Positions 1-9,250 of a stretch of DNA of 32,025 nt are shown piece after piece. The stretch is from Chrysochromulina tobinii (lineage: Eukaryota), in contig JWZX01001334.1 of the NCBI GenBank assembly GCA_001275005.1, positions 1 through 32,025 of the forward strand, read 5' to 3'. The notes beneath the pieces are model-generated. The model made no database searches. It saw nothing but the letters and a program-made list of their open reading frames with translations, and was not told where the DNA came from. A program made the position numbers and the translations under genes. Every line of letters begins with the position of its first letter. The stretch's first letter is position 1.

Positions 1-272
1 GAGGCCGACCGAGGGTCTGGGGGGGTCGTGTTGGATCCGGCGTCGGAGCCGTGCCACGAGTTGCCGGAAGCGGGCGAATGGGGTATGTGGGTAGCAGCGC
101 TTGGCGCCGCCGCCCACTCCCGGGACCTGCTCTGTTGTGCCAACCGTGTGGAGGTCACCCCCTCTTAGTGAGGAAGAGCTCAGTGAGCTACCCGAGTGTG
201 TGTTGTGTGAACGCCTGGTACGGCGCGCGGAGCGCGGCGTGAGCGTCCCCGACGAGCGCCTCCGCGCTACCG

Positions 273-839
273 ATGAGAGAGACGATGAGAGAGATCTGCC
301 CGATCTGCTACGACGAGGCAGGCCTTTTCGAGTTGAGCTGCGGCCACAGTTTGTGCCGTGTCTGTGCGTTGTCGGCCGACGATGCCGGGTTCGAGGCATG
401 CCCCCTGTGCCGCAGTCCTCACCTCCTCAATCCGCAAGTACTCGCAGAGCGCAGGGAGCGCTACCTATCCGACTACGCCGCTTGGCGCGCGGGGATGGCC
501 CCCGGCGTCATCGTAGGTTCAGTCGAATCCATCACTGCTCCTGCGCGTCCGAGCACACCACACCACATGATTGGTATCATGCACGTATCCTCTGCTGGCG
601 ACCTTTTCCTCCTCGACCATGCCACGTGGGCCGAGGAGCAGGCGGCCAACGCGGAGAAGACAGCAGGCGCGAAGAAGGCGGCAGGCGCACAAGCCACGCT
701 GGAAGAGGCTAGTGCCGTCTTCTCAGGCGTGCAGAATCTCTCAGATGAGCTCAAGAGCTTAGAGCTACAGCTCAGAGAAGACGTAGACGCCAAGTTACAC
801 GCGGCTCTCTCGACGCTCGCAGTCATCGACGAGGAGTAG
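273..839 (+). CDS. C3HC4 RING-finger protein (putative E3 ligase) with C-terminal coiled coil
   Basis: CPIC-x10-CGHSLCRVC-x11-CPLC RING pattern at the N-terminus; C-terminal heptad-like segment (LSDELKSLELQLRE); 188-aa ORF. Confidence 0.8.
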   Translation: MRETMREICPICYDEAGLFELSCGHSLCRVCALSADDAGFEACPLCRSPHLLNPQVLAERRERYLSDYAAWRAGMAPGVIVGSVESITAPARPSTPHHMIGIMHVSSAGDLFLLDHATWAEEQAANAEKTAGAKKAAGAQATLEEASAVFSGVQNLSDELKSLELQLREDVDAKLHAALSTLAVIDEE

Positions 840-1775
840 GAGGCCGTGCAGAGCTCCAGGGAGTGACGTGGGTGGGGGGGTCGAGGTACGGTAGTAGCTA
901 CGGCAGCATACATTATATTGCGCGCTCTTCATGTTGAGCGCTCGAATTCGGAATTGTTTCGTCGTGCCGCGATCGGCGCGCCCTTCCACTCTCGTGGCAG
1001 ATGCCCGAATAATGCCCGATGTGCTCGAAAGATGACTGATGAGTTTCCAAGTTTCCGCACGGCGTTAATCTTCATCGTTCTTGCGACCGCTCGGTGTCAG
1101 TCTGAGTGCTTACTGAGTCTCCATGGTTATGACTTATGTATTCGGACACGATGTGTCGATGACCATGTCTCCATGATGTGTCGTCGTGTCCGACCGCAGC
1201 TCCGCAGGCGCGGATCAGGGCTGACCGCGGTCAGCTAGAGAAGCTGCTCTAAGTTTCCACAGATCTCCGATCATATCTATTTTTAGTTGTCGAACGTCGG
1301 TGCATCACTGCATCTAAAAGAAGGATATCTGAATCCGACCTGGGGCGCGGGCGGCCGCGCCGAGAGAGGCGCGGGATGGCGAACAGGCCTCGAGGCCGGT
1401 CGGCGGGTCGGGCCGGGTCCGGGCGATCTCGCATACATCTCCGATCTCGGACGATCGTAAAAGGATCGGATCGGCGGGGACGATCGGACGCGATGCGACG
1501 ATCGGGCCTCGTGAACAACCCCGCCGGGCCAACCCGGGCGAACGGGCCGAGCGAACACAGCACTCACAGGGCCGGTATCGGCGAAGTGATAAAGCGAAAA
1601 GCCGTACGGTACGCACATGAACCGACAAAGTGGCCTCAGAGTGGATTCTCACTGTCCCTGCGGCCTGCGCACTCCGCTGTCGACCTGTTGCACTTGCACA
1701 CACATCTCACATGTCCGGTTCTACCGCTTTCCACGCAAACACTCAGACCGCACCGCCCCCCGTGCTCGCGCCTCA

Positions 1776-4400
1776 TTACTTCTTGACTGCCTTGGTGAGG
1801 CTCGCCTTGGCCGCGGCAGCGCGCTCCTTGGCCTCCTTGATGCGATCACTCATGGTCTTCTTCTTGGCGGTGCCACCTGCCAATGACTCGTCATCCAGCT
1901 CGTCATCAAAGCCGCCCGCGCCGGCACCGCCTCCGCCTGGCATGCCATTGGACCGGTCGTCATGGAGCAAGGCCACCTCGGCCTTGAGGGCGGCCTCCTT
2001 GACCTGAAGCTCCTCGATCTTGCGCGCGCTACTCTGCAGCTGCTCACGCATCTCCTCGCGCTCGAGGCGCGCCTGCATCAGCTGCGACTGCAGAGCATCG
2101 AATTCGGCCTGCTGGGGGGTGAGCGGAGGCGGCGGGGGCGGGGGCGGCGGCGGGGGCGGAGGCGGCGGCGGAGGCGGAGGCGACGCCAACTTGAGCGCTG
2201 CCAGCTGCGAGGCGAGGCTGTCCCTGTCGGCCGTCGCCTTCGTCGCACGTGCCTCTGCTTCCGAAGCCGCGAGCTCGGCTGCTTGCAGCCGCTGCTGCAG
2301 CAGCTCGGCCGCTCCGAAAGCGGCCCCCCCCTGGCGAGCTGCGGCGAGCTCAGCCTGCGCCGCCTCGAGCGCCGCCGCGTGCTGCTTCTTGAGCTGCTCG
2401 ATCGCCGCTTGCTGGGCCGTCGCCTTAGCCTCGAGCATTGCAGCTTGCTCTGCCTGAACCGCGGCGAGCGCTTCGGCCGCCTCCTGCTTCGCCTTCTCGA
2501 GTGCGGCAGCATGTGCCGCGTCGGCGGAGGCGGAGAGGGCCTCGATGGCCGAGGCTCGCTCTTTTTGGAGCTGTTGCGCCTTCGCCTGCTCCGCCTGCTG
2601 CGCCTTTTTCAGCTCAGCCTGATGCTCCTCCTTTTGCTTGTCGAGCGCCGCCTTGGTGGTCGCAGAGGTCGCCGCCTGGTGCTCCTCCGCGGCCTTCTGG
2701 AGGGCGGCCGCGACCGCCGCTGCTGTCTTCTGCTCCGGCGGCCGCTAGCTTCGCCTCCAGTGCCGCGAGGCTCTTCGTCGCCGCCGCCAGAGCTTCGTCG
2801 CCACCCTGCGCGGCCGCCGCGGCCGCCTCGGCCTTGGCCTTTTGTGCGGCCGCATCTGCCGCGGCGGCCGCCTCGGCCGCGGCAAAGGACAAGGCCGCCT
2901 CGGCCTCCCGACCACACTCTTCTTTGGCGGCGGACACCGCCGTCGCCACCGCCTTCTCGAGCTCCTGCGCCGCCGCCTCCTGCACCGCTCGCACAGCCGC
3001 CTCCAGATCGGCCTGAGCCTTTTGTGCGACAGCCTGTGCGGCCGCGGCCGCCTCCTCCCTCACCGCGGCCGCTGCGGTCTCGCCCGCCGCGCCCGCGCTG
3101 TTGATGGCCGCGGCGGAGGCGCCCGCGGCACGCGCCGCCTCTACGTCCGCCTTGGCCTGGGCCAGGGCCGCCTCCGCCTCGCGCGCTGCCGCCTCCGCCT
3201 GCGCCTTCGCGCGCGCCTCCGCCGCTTTCGCCGCCTCAGCCGCCTCGGCCTTCACCGAGGCCAACTGAGCGGCCGCCTGCCCGGCTGCCTTGCGCTCAGC
3301 CTCGAGCGCCGCGCTCGCCTTTGCGAGCTCGTCTCGCAGGGAGATCACCTCGGCGCTCGCCTTTGCGAGCTCGTCTCGCAGGGAGATCACCTCCCGCTTG
3401 GCGGCCTCCGCATCGCCCGAGGAGGCCGCCGAGGCCGTGGCGCCCGCCTCCTGCAGCGCGTTGAGCTCCTCTTGCAATCGCTGGCTCCTCCGGAGCTCCT
3501 CCTGCAGCAGCGCCATGCGAGAGGCTGAGAGCTTCTTGAGCTCCTCCTCGCGCTCGGCCGCAGCCTCTGCTGCCTCCGCCAGGGCGCTCGCAACAGCGCT
3601 CGCCGACGCGCTCGCCGCCGCGGCCGCCTTGGCCTCCGCCTGCGCCGCCGCCGCTTCGGCGGCTTTCAGGCTGGCCGCAGGGACCATCTCCACCTCTCCC
3701 GCTTGCGCCGCCGCCTTTTTGAGCTCCACCATCTCCGCCTCCGCCGCCTGCGCCGCCGCTTTGAGCTCCGCCAGGGCTGCCTCGGCCTGAGCGCCGGCCT
3801 GAGCGCGCTCCGCTGCCTGCTGATCGAGCGCGGCACGGAGGCGCTCAATCTCCTCGGCCGCGGCCGCGACGGCGGCACTGTCGACGACGGCGCCGCCGTT
3901 GCCATGGCCGTTGGCGCCGTCGTTGGTCGGTACACCTCGCTCCTTGATCGCACTCACAAGCCAAGCATACTGCTCCTTTTTGACGTTCCACTGCTGCTGT
4001 ACCTGCTCCAGCAGCTCGCTCATCTCGCGCACCTGCAGGGAGCCGGGCGAGCGAGGCGCAACGCGAGCCGGTCCAGTAAGGAGGAGGGCAAGGTGGCTCC
4101 CACTCATGCATGCGCGCGGCCCTCGCGGCGCACCTCATCCTCGTGCTGCTTCTGGAGCGCGATCATCTCGTCGTTGACTTCGGCCGCTCGGGCATCCGCC
4201 GCCTTGAGAGCTTCCTTGCTCTCCTGTCTGGCATCTGCAACTTGTTTTTTCGTCGAGTCCCTTGCTTCTTCTAGCTCGATCGTCACCTTTTGCAACGAGG
4301 AGAGCAATACGGCAACCTGCTCCGACTGCTGCTCGAATTGCTTCTTGAGCGAGGTATCGAAGGCCTTCGTGGGCGAAAAGGCACCCAAACTTTTCCTCAT
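1776..4400 (-). CDS. Ala/Glu/Lys-rich coiled-coil protein with poly-Pro tract (~840 aa); 2 exons; one apparent +1 frameshift near 2735-2736
   Basis: Exon 1 4400-4134 (MRKSLGAFSP...QHEDE) and a GT-AG intron 4133-4033 join in frame to ORF 2614..4107. Coiled-coil sequence continues in another frame from 2735 (EQKTAAAVAAALQK...) into ORF 1776..2438. Exon 2 length is 3n+1. Confidence 0.7.
3311..3393. repeat. 42-bp perfect tandem duplication (EVISLRDELAKASA x2)
   Basis: gcgctcgcctttgcgagctcgtctcgcagggagatcacctc at 3311 and 3353. Confidence 0.95.
4033..4133 (-). other. Spliceosomal intron, 101 nt
   Basis: gag|GTGCGC...ccctgcAG|gtg; removing it deletes an in-frame stop and joins two coiled-coil ORFs in phase 0. 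Confidence 0.8.
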
Positions 4401-4607
4401 GCGCGGTCCTTGAGGTGTGAGCTGCGGGTCAATAGAGCCTCTTCCTGAGGAGCAGCGATGAGCAGTCTCGCAGTCGGTGGGCAAGACTTGTTGTGTGGGG
4501 AAAAAAACTTTCCACACACCTCTCACCGTGGGGTGCGAAGTGTTTCTTTTGAAATCTTGTAATCAAGTCCAGAACCTATTTCCATGCTCTACAAGTATCG
4601 TTTTTAG

Positions 4608-5570
4608 ATGCACAACGCCGTGGCGCGGCGAGCCTTCCTCGACGCGTCTATTTGCCTTCTGGGCGTCGCCACCAGCAGGCCAGCACGAGGTACGACCGAA
4701 GATGCAACTGCAAAGCAGATTGGGCGATTAGCTGCAGCAGTGCGAGGACCAGGCGACGCAGGCCTTTCGGCTTGGGGACAGCCATGGAGCAATGGCTGCG
4801 CTTGGTCAGCGCCCGCGGCACCTGTTGAGCGTGAAGCTGTGCTGCCGCCGTGGCTCGAGGGGCAGTGGAAGGTCAATTCTCGGCTCGAGTCGGTACGATT
4901 TCCAATGGGTAAGCAGCTGCTCTCCGAGTCAACGCCAGGTGTGAGAATGGTCTCCATATTGCAGCTGCCAAACATCGGCAACGAGCCGACGTTTGCGTTG
5001 AGCTTCCGCGTCGACGCGGACGGCACGGTGCGCGCCGATCGAGCCGCGAACTCGAAGACGGTGCTCGAAGCCTTCTGGGCCGATGCGCGCGTGCTGGAGA
5101 CGACGTCAGCCAAGGGCGGCCGGCTGTTGCTGCGCTACGAATCGCCTACGAAGACGCGCAAGAATGCGCAGCAGACGGTGGACGTGCGCCTGTGCTCGTC
5201 CGAGGGCGGGCCGGTCGCGCCTCCACAGGGGCATGCGACGGCGCCGAAGCCTCTGCTGCGGCCCGACTTGACAGTTGGAGAGCTTCTGCTCCGAGCGCGA
5301 GGTGACGGCGACAGCGGGCAACCCCCGGGTGAGTGGATCGTTGCAGAGGTGTACCAACAGGAGAATGTCGAGCAGGGCACGCGCAGCGAGTACCTCGTGC
5401 TCACGGCGTACCGGCGCGCCGACACCACTGATGCCATTCCGAGGACCGTGCTGAGCAAGCAGCGCGTGGCCGCCTTTCTCTTGCCAACCGATGGTGCGTA
5501 CTTTGAGTCCTTGGGCAAGCCTGTCGCTCTGTACGATTACTCCTACTTGATGACGCGTGTCTCGCATTGA
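4608..5570 (+). CDS. DUF6816-like protein, probably plastid/thylakoid-lumen type
   Basis: Motifs LPPWLEGQW, ADRAAN and AYFESLGKPVALYDY resemble a cyanobacterial/plant DUF family (recalled, not searched). N-terminal twin-Arg RRAFL plus hydrophobic stretch. The 5' end may include an upstream exon. Confidence 0.6.
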   Translation: MHNAVARRAFLDASICLLGVATSRPARGTTEDATAKQIGRLAAAVRGPGDAGLSAWGQPWSNGCAWSAPAAPVEREAVLPPWLEGQWKVNSRLESVRFPMGKQLLSESTPGVRMVSILQLPNIGNEPTFALSFRVDADGTVRADRAANSKTVLEAFWADARVLETTSAKGGRLLLRYESPTKTRKNAQQTVDVRLCSSEGGPVAPPQGHATAPKPLLRPDLTVGELLLRARGDGDSGQPPGEWIVAEVYQQENVEQGTRSEYLVLTAYRRADTTDAIPRTVLSKQRVAAFLLPTDGAYFESLGKPVALYDYSYLMTRVSH

Positions 5571-5792
5571 TATTACGAATCGAAATTGTTCACAAACTCC
5601 GCTCGCATGAGCTCATCTGAACGAGACTAAACATACTTGGACTAGGGACCCTAACGAAAATCTGCCACCCGAACCAGACGTCCCGACCCTGTTGTACCTG
5701 TGAACCCCGACCCGCAATACATGTCCTGAATCATGAAGCTTCGCGGAGACAATATTCATGCAACGCTGCCCACGGCACTAATTTCTGCGTCA

Positions 5793-6185
5793 TCAGCGGG
5801 CTGCAGCCACAACCGATACCGCAGCCCATTCCAAAATCTTCTCGACCACTGACGGATTGGCCATCAGCGCCGGAACGGCGACCAGCGTACACAGCACGCT
5901 GCTCAGGACGATTGTCCGTAAGGTGCCCGGAACCCGCTCGGTATCGCAGGTGGTGCCCGCCACGTGATTCGCGTGGAATTCGAACGCTGTCCCATTGAAC
6001 GCTTGCTCGACCTCACACTCATCTGCCGGAGGCCGAAGGAGCACAAACTCCGACCATACATCCCGCATGCGGATCGGCGCTCTTTGTCGGAGAACTCGGG
6101 TACCACCATAATTCGCCGGCTTGAAGGCCGCGGCTATCGTCAGCAATGCTGCCGTGGTCAGAAGCTGCAGCAAGTGATTCAGCAT
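5793..6185 (-). CDS. Small protein with bipartite (signal + transit) plastid-targeting-like leader and one TM segment
   Basis: MLNHLLQLLTTAALLTIAAA-F signal peptide followed by Phe, an Arg-rich acid-free transit-like stretch ending RAPIRM, and hydrophobic TIVLSSVLCTLVAVPALMA. Confidence 0.6.
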   Translation of the reverse strand: MLNHLLQLLTTAALLTIAAAFKPANYGGTRVLRQRAPIRMRDVWSEFVLLRPPADECEVEQAFNGTAFEFHANHVAGTTCDTERVPGTLRTIVLSSVLCTLVAVPALMANPSVVEKILEWAAVSVVAAAR

Positions 6186-6925
6186 CGCGATGTTGCGAGC
6201 GCCGATGATTGAGTGTGAAAAGGGCTGTTAATAATCGGTACATGTTCCGGTTCCGAGTAGTACAATTGTGGTAGTGCCACAGACAGCAGAAATTAAAACA
6301 GTGCCTGTCTGCAACCGCTCAATTCACTGTAACACAGAGCATGATGCACGGAGGAGAAAAACTGATGCGACTCTCCCGCCAGCTCTCCCGGTACTCCGAC
6401 CCCTCCAGCACCACACAGAATCAGAAACTCAGCTCAGAGTTCCACACACTCACACTACCGACACCTCACACACGTCTCCGACATCATTCTCCTTAGCATT
6501 AGCATTCTCCCCTGTTCCGTTACCCCAACCAAGCTCCCCACGGCCGCACCGTGGCGCGATGGGCCGAGGTCAGGCCGAGGTTGCCTGGATTCCGCGTACG
6601 CGCACACACACACTCACTCACTCACTCATCGAGCGCTCGCATCAGATTGCGCCATCTCGGCGTCGCGAGAACTTTACACAAAGACAATCACGCGATCGCT
6701 CTCGTCTGTCGTCTGCACACTTAGAACTGCTCTGTAGTTGTGTCAGCCTCGACATGTAGCGCCTTGTATGAGCTCCTTCCGTTCCGTTTCACGGTGCTCA
6801 CCAACGGATCACCAACAAAAGATCAAGATCGCATCAGCATGCCTGATTGTGACGCTGGCTCAGATAAACCTGTTCTTTGCATTGGTTCTTTGCCAGATCA
6901 ATCTACAAGTATGTTTCGACGCTTG

Positions 6926-9184
6926 TCATGGATGGATGGGCATCAGATGAGAGCCCCAGATGAACCTGTTCTTTGCCAAAGACGTGCCGCGGCGGAAGAG
7001 TGCTTGATCTGGTTTGGGGCCCTCCGGGTGGGCCTTAGCCATTGCCTTTAAGAATGCGTTCGAAGCCCGAACCTTGTCAAACGGCGCCCCTTGCTCAATG
7101 AGCCAAATGAGTGCCTGTTGTTGCGCGTTCGCTGCCGCCTTGATCGAGGCCATGGAGGTGATTGTGCAGCCACGCTCCTTGAGCCACGCCATCGACTTGA
7201 TCCGACCGTGGTACGCTGCAATATTCATCGCATTCTCCGGCAGTGCGCAGCACCCTTGATCTGGACCCGGATCTGGATTCAGCTGCGTGTGGGCCCATCT
7301 GAGCAGAGCCAGATTGCCGTGCTTTGCTGCGGCATTCATGGTGCCATCACCCAAAGGCACTCCACGGGCATGTAGCCACTTGACGCGGGCGATCGGCATG
7401 TGAATGATGCCCCCTGGCTGACTGTTGCCGACGAGCTCATCGAGTAGCCCCTCCGAGTAGCCCCAAAACTTCTTTGCTTCATGCCGATTGAACGTTTGGG
7501 TCGGCTCGTCAGCGGCAGCCGAGCAATTGAGCAGCTTCTCACCTCGCAGGGCCAGTTTTTGGAGAATCCACTCTAGGTACTCAAATGGCCGGCAGTGGAA
7601 GGGGATGCGGGAAGCGGACAGAAAGGCCACGCGCGAAATGGGGCATCCCAGCTCCACGCAAAGTTCGAGCATCTGCATGGTCTCCGCGTGAGACATGCAG
7701 TCGGACTCCATAACGAAGCCGAGAGTGTTCAGCGTGCGGCCCTGGTCGTCCATGGAATCCTGCCACGTGGCCTCTGAGGGGTACTCGCTCACGAGGAACT
7801 TGAGCATCTCCGCCTCACCCGCGGAGGCAGCGGTCGAGAGGGCACGGGACGGGATCCAAGCTTCGCCTGAGCGCGCCTTCATCCACTTGAAGGCTTCGAT
7901 GCATCCGCTCTCGATGACAGCGTCAAGGCAAAACGAGCATGCCCACTGGCGATCCTCGTCGCCGGGATAGTCTTGCATGTCGTCTGAAACCGCGAAATCG
8001 GTCCACAGGTGGCGTCCCTGCGCGTCGAGAAACTCGAGCAGAGGCAGGATGCGCTTGTCTCCAATCCGACAGGCCGCATACATCGCCCGTCCGGTCACAG
8101 GGCACCCATCTTTCACCATCCACTCAACCACAGCGAGCTCGTTAGCAGCAACGCATTCGATTGCGGCCACCAGAGCAAACGGGTGCCACGGCATCTTGTT
8201 CGCACGCCACATTTGCATGTCATCAATCGACGCGGGCCACCCTGTTTGAATCGCACTCGACCAGAGCTCCCCCGCCTTCTCCACAGGCATCTGGGACAGG
8301 TCGCAGCCTTCGTCTACGAGCCACTTGAACTCGGGGCTGTCGCAGCCCATTTCGGAAAGCGTGGACGCGGCGGTCTCCGCAGTCAGCTCACCGCCTAGCC
8401 GGTGGGCGATCTTCATGGCGTCGAGGGTGGACTCGTCGCATCCGCTGTTGCCGTGCGGGTGATAGTTGCACATCACTACGCCTTCGACTGCCTTTTTCAT
8501 CGGTGCACCCACTTCAGCAAGCCATTGAAGCACGGCGCGGCGGCGAGCGCACCCGACAGTGGCTGCAGCGTAGGCAACCCACTCGTTGATGGGGCATCCC
8601 ATCGAGTGCATCAGCTTGATCGTTGCAAGGTGGCCATGTGAAGCAGCATCGTACATGGGATGCTGGCCCCACTGGCAACCCATCTCCCTTGCTGCAACGA
8701 TGAAGTCGTCATGGCCCCAACGAGCGGCTGTACGAATCGTGCAAGAGGGGTCGTGGCCCAGGCATGCGGGGGCTGAGGTGTGCTCCTGCACGCTCGCGCA
8801 GCAGACGCTTCGCTCAAAGGGACAGCCATTCTGCCGCGCGTAACGGAGCACGCCGATCGCGTTATGGTGTGCCGCCGCACGGCACAGAACGTCGGTGGTC
8901 ATGCGATGTGGATACGGGCAGCCAAGACCGTTGGCCCATGAGAGCAGGCTCATGTTTGATGCCAGGTCCCACACGGCCGTACGCAGCTTGAGCTTCAGTG
9001 CCTTCCGTACATCACGCCAACGCCTGCATGTGAGCACCAGCGGCAGAGTGCACGTGATGTTGCTCACACTCTTCAAGATCTCACGCCAGTCATCGTCGGA
9101 GAGATCGTGAATGGTAGTCGGCTCGCTTTTGTCCATGCGGAGAACGAGCAACAGCGCCTCGGCATCATCATAGCCATCACACAT
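6926..9184 (-). CDS. F-box-like plus degenerate ankyrin-like repeat protein (~752 aa)
   Basis: IHDLSDDDWREIL...LTCRRWRDV F-box-like motif, then repeats such as AARWGH...REMGCQW, AASHGHLATIKLMHSMGCP and AAKHGNLALLRWAH. Start taken at MCDGYDD (9184); the 3' end may be spliced. Confidence 0.75.
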   Translation of the reverse strand: MCDGYDDAEALLLVLRMDKSEPTTIHDLSDDDWREILKSVSNITCTLPLVLTCRRWRDVRKALKLKLRTAVWDLASNMSLLSWANGLGCPYPHRMTTDVLCRAAAHHNAIGVLRYARQNGCPFERSVCCASVQEHTSAPACLGHDPSCTIRTAARWGHDDFIVAAREMGCQWGQHPMYDAASHGHLATIKLMHSMGCPINEWVAYAAATVGCARRRAVLQWLAEVGAPMKKAVEGVVMCNYHPHGNSGCDESTLDAMKIAHRLGGELTAETAASTLSEMGCDSPEFKWLVDEGCDLSQMPVEKAGELWSSAIQTGWPASIDDMQMWRANKMPWHPFALVAAIECVAANELAVVEWMVKDGCPVTGRAMYAACRIGDKRILPLLEFLDAQGRHLWTDFAVSDDMQDYPGDEDRQWACSFCLDAVIESGCIEAFKWMKARSGEAWIPSRALSTAASAGEAEMLKFLVSEYPSEATWQDSMDDQGRTLNTLGFVMESDCMSHAETMQMLELCVELGCPISRVAFLSASRIPFHCRPFEYLEWILQKLALRGEKLLNCSAAADEPTQTFNRHEAKKFWGYSEGLLDELVGNSQPGGIIHMPIARVKWLHARGVPLGDGTMNAAAKHGNLALLRWAHTQLNPDPGPDQGCCALPENAMNIAAYHGRIKSMAWLKERGCTITSMASIKAAANAQQQALIWLIEQGAPFDKVRASNAFLKAMAKAHPEGPKPDQALFRRGTSLAKNRFIWGSHLMPIHP

Positions 9185-9250
9185 CGGTCCTGTCACGTGT
9201 GGTTTGCGTGCGCGCGGCGGAGCCTGAAGTTGCGTATTTACCAGCAAAGC

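Noticed and set aside
1024..1050. CTGATGAG with nearby GAAA as a hammerhead ribozyme
   Set aside because: GAAA lies only 5 nt upstream and no stems I-III can form.
918..1786. ORFs 918..1238, 1249..1563, 1376..1786 and similar
   Set aside because: Mostly non-ATG starts, no motifs; the region looks non-coding.
1962..4413. Long plus-strand ORFs (1962..3104, 2842..3528, 3703..4413)
   Set aside because: Antisense shadows of the GC-rich coiled-coil gene, with Arg/Leu-rich non-specific translations.
5775..5800. Minus-strand ctgatga-cgca-gaaa as a minimal hammerhead
   Set aside because: No stem II or III; it coincides with the TGA stop of the 5793-6185 gene.
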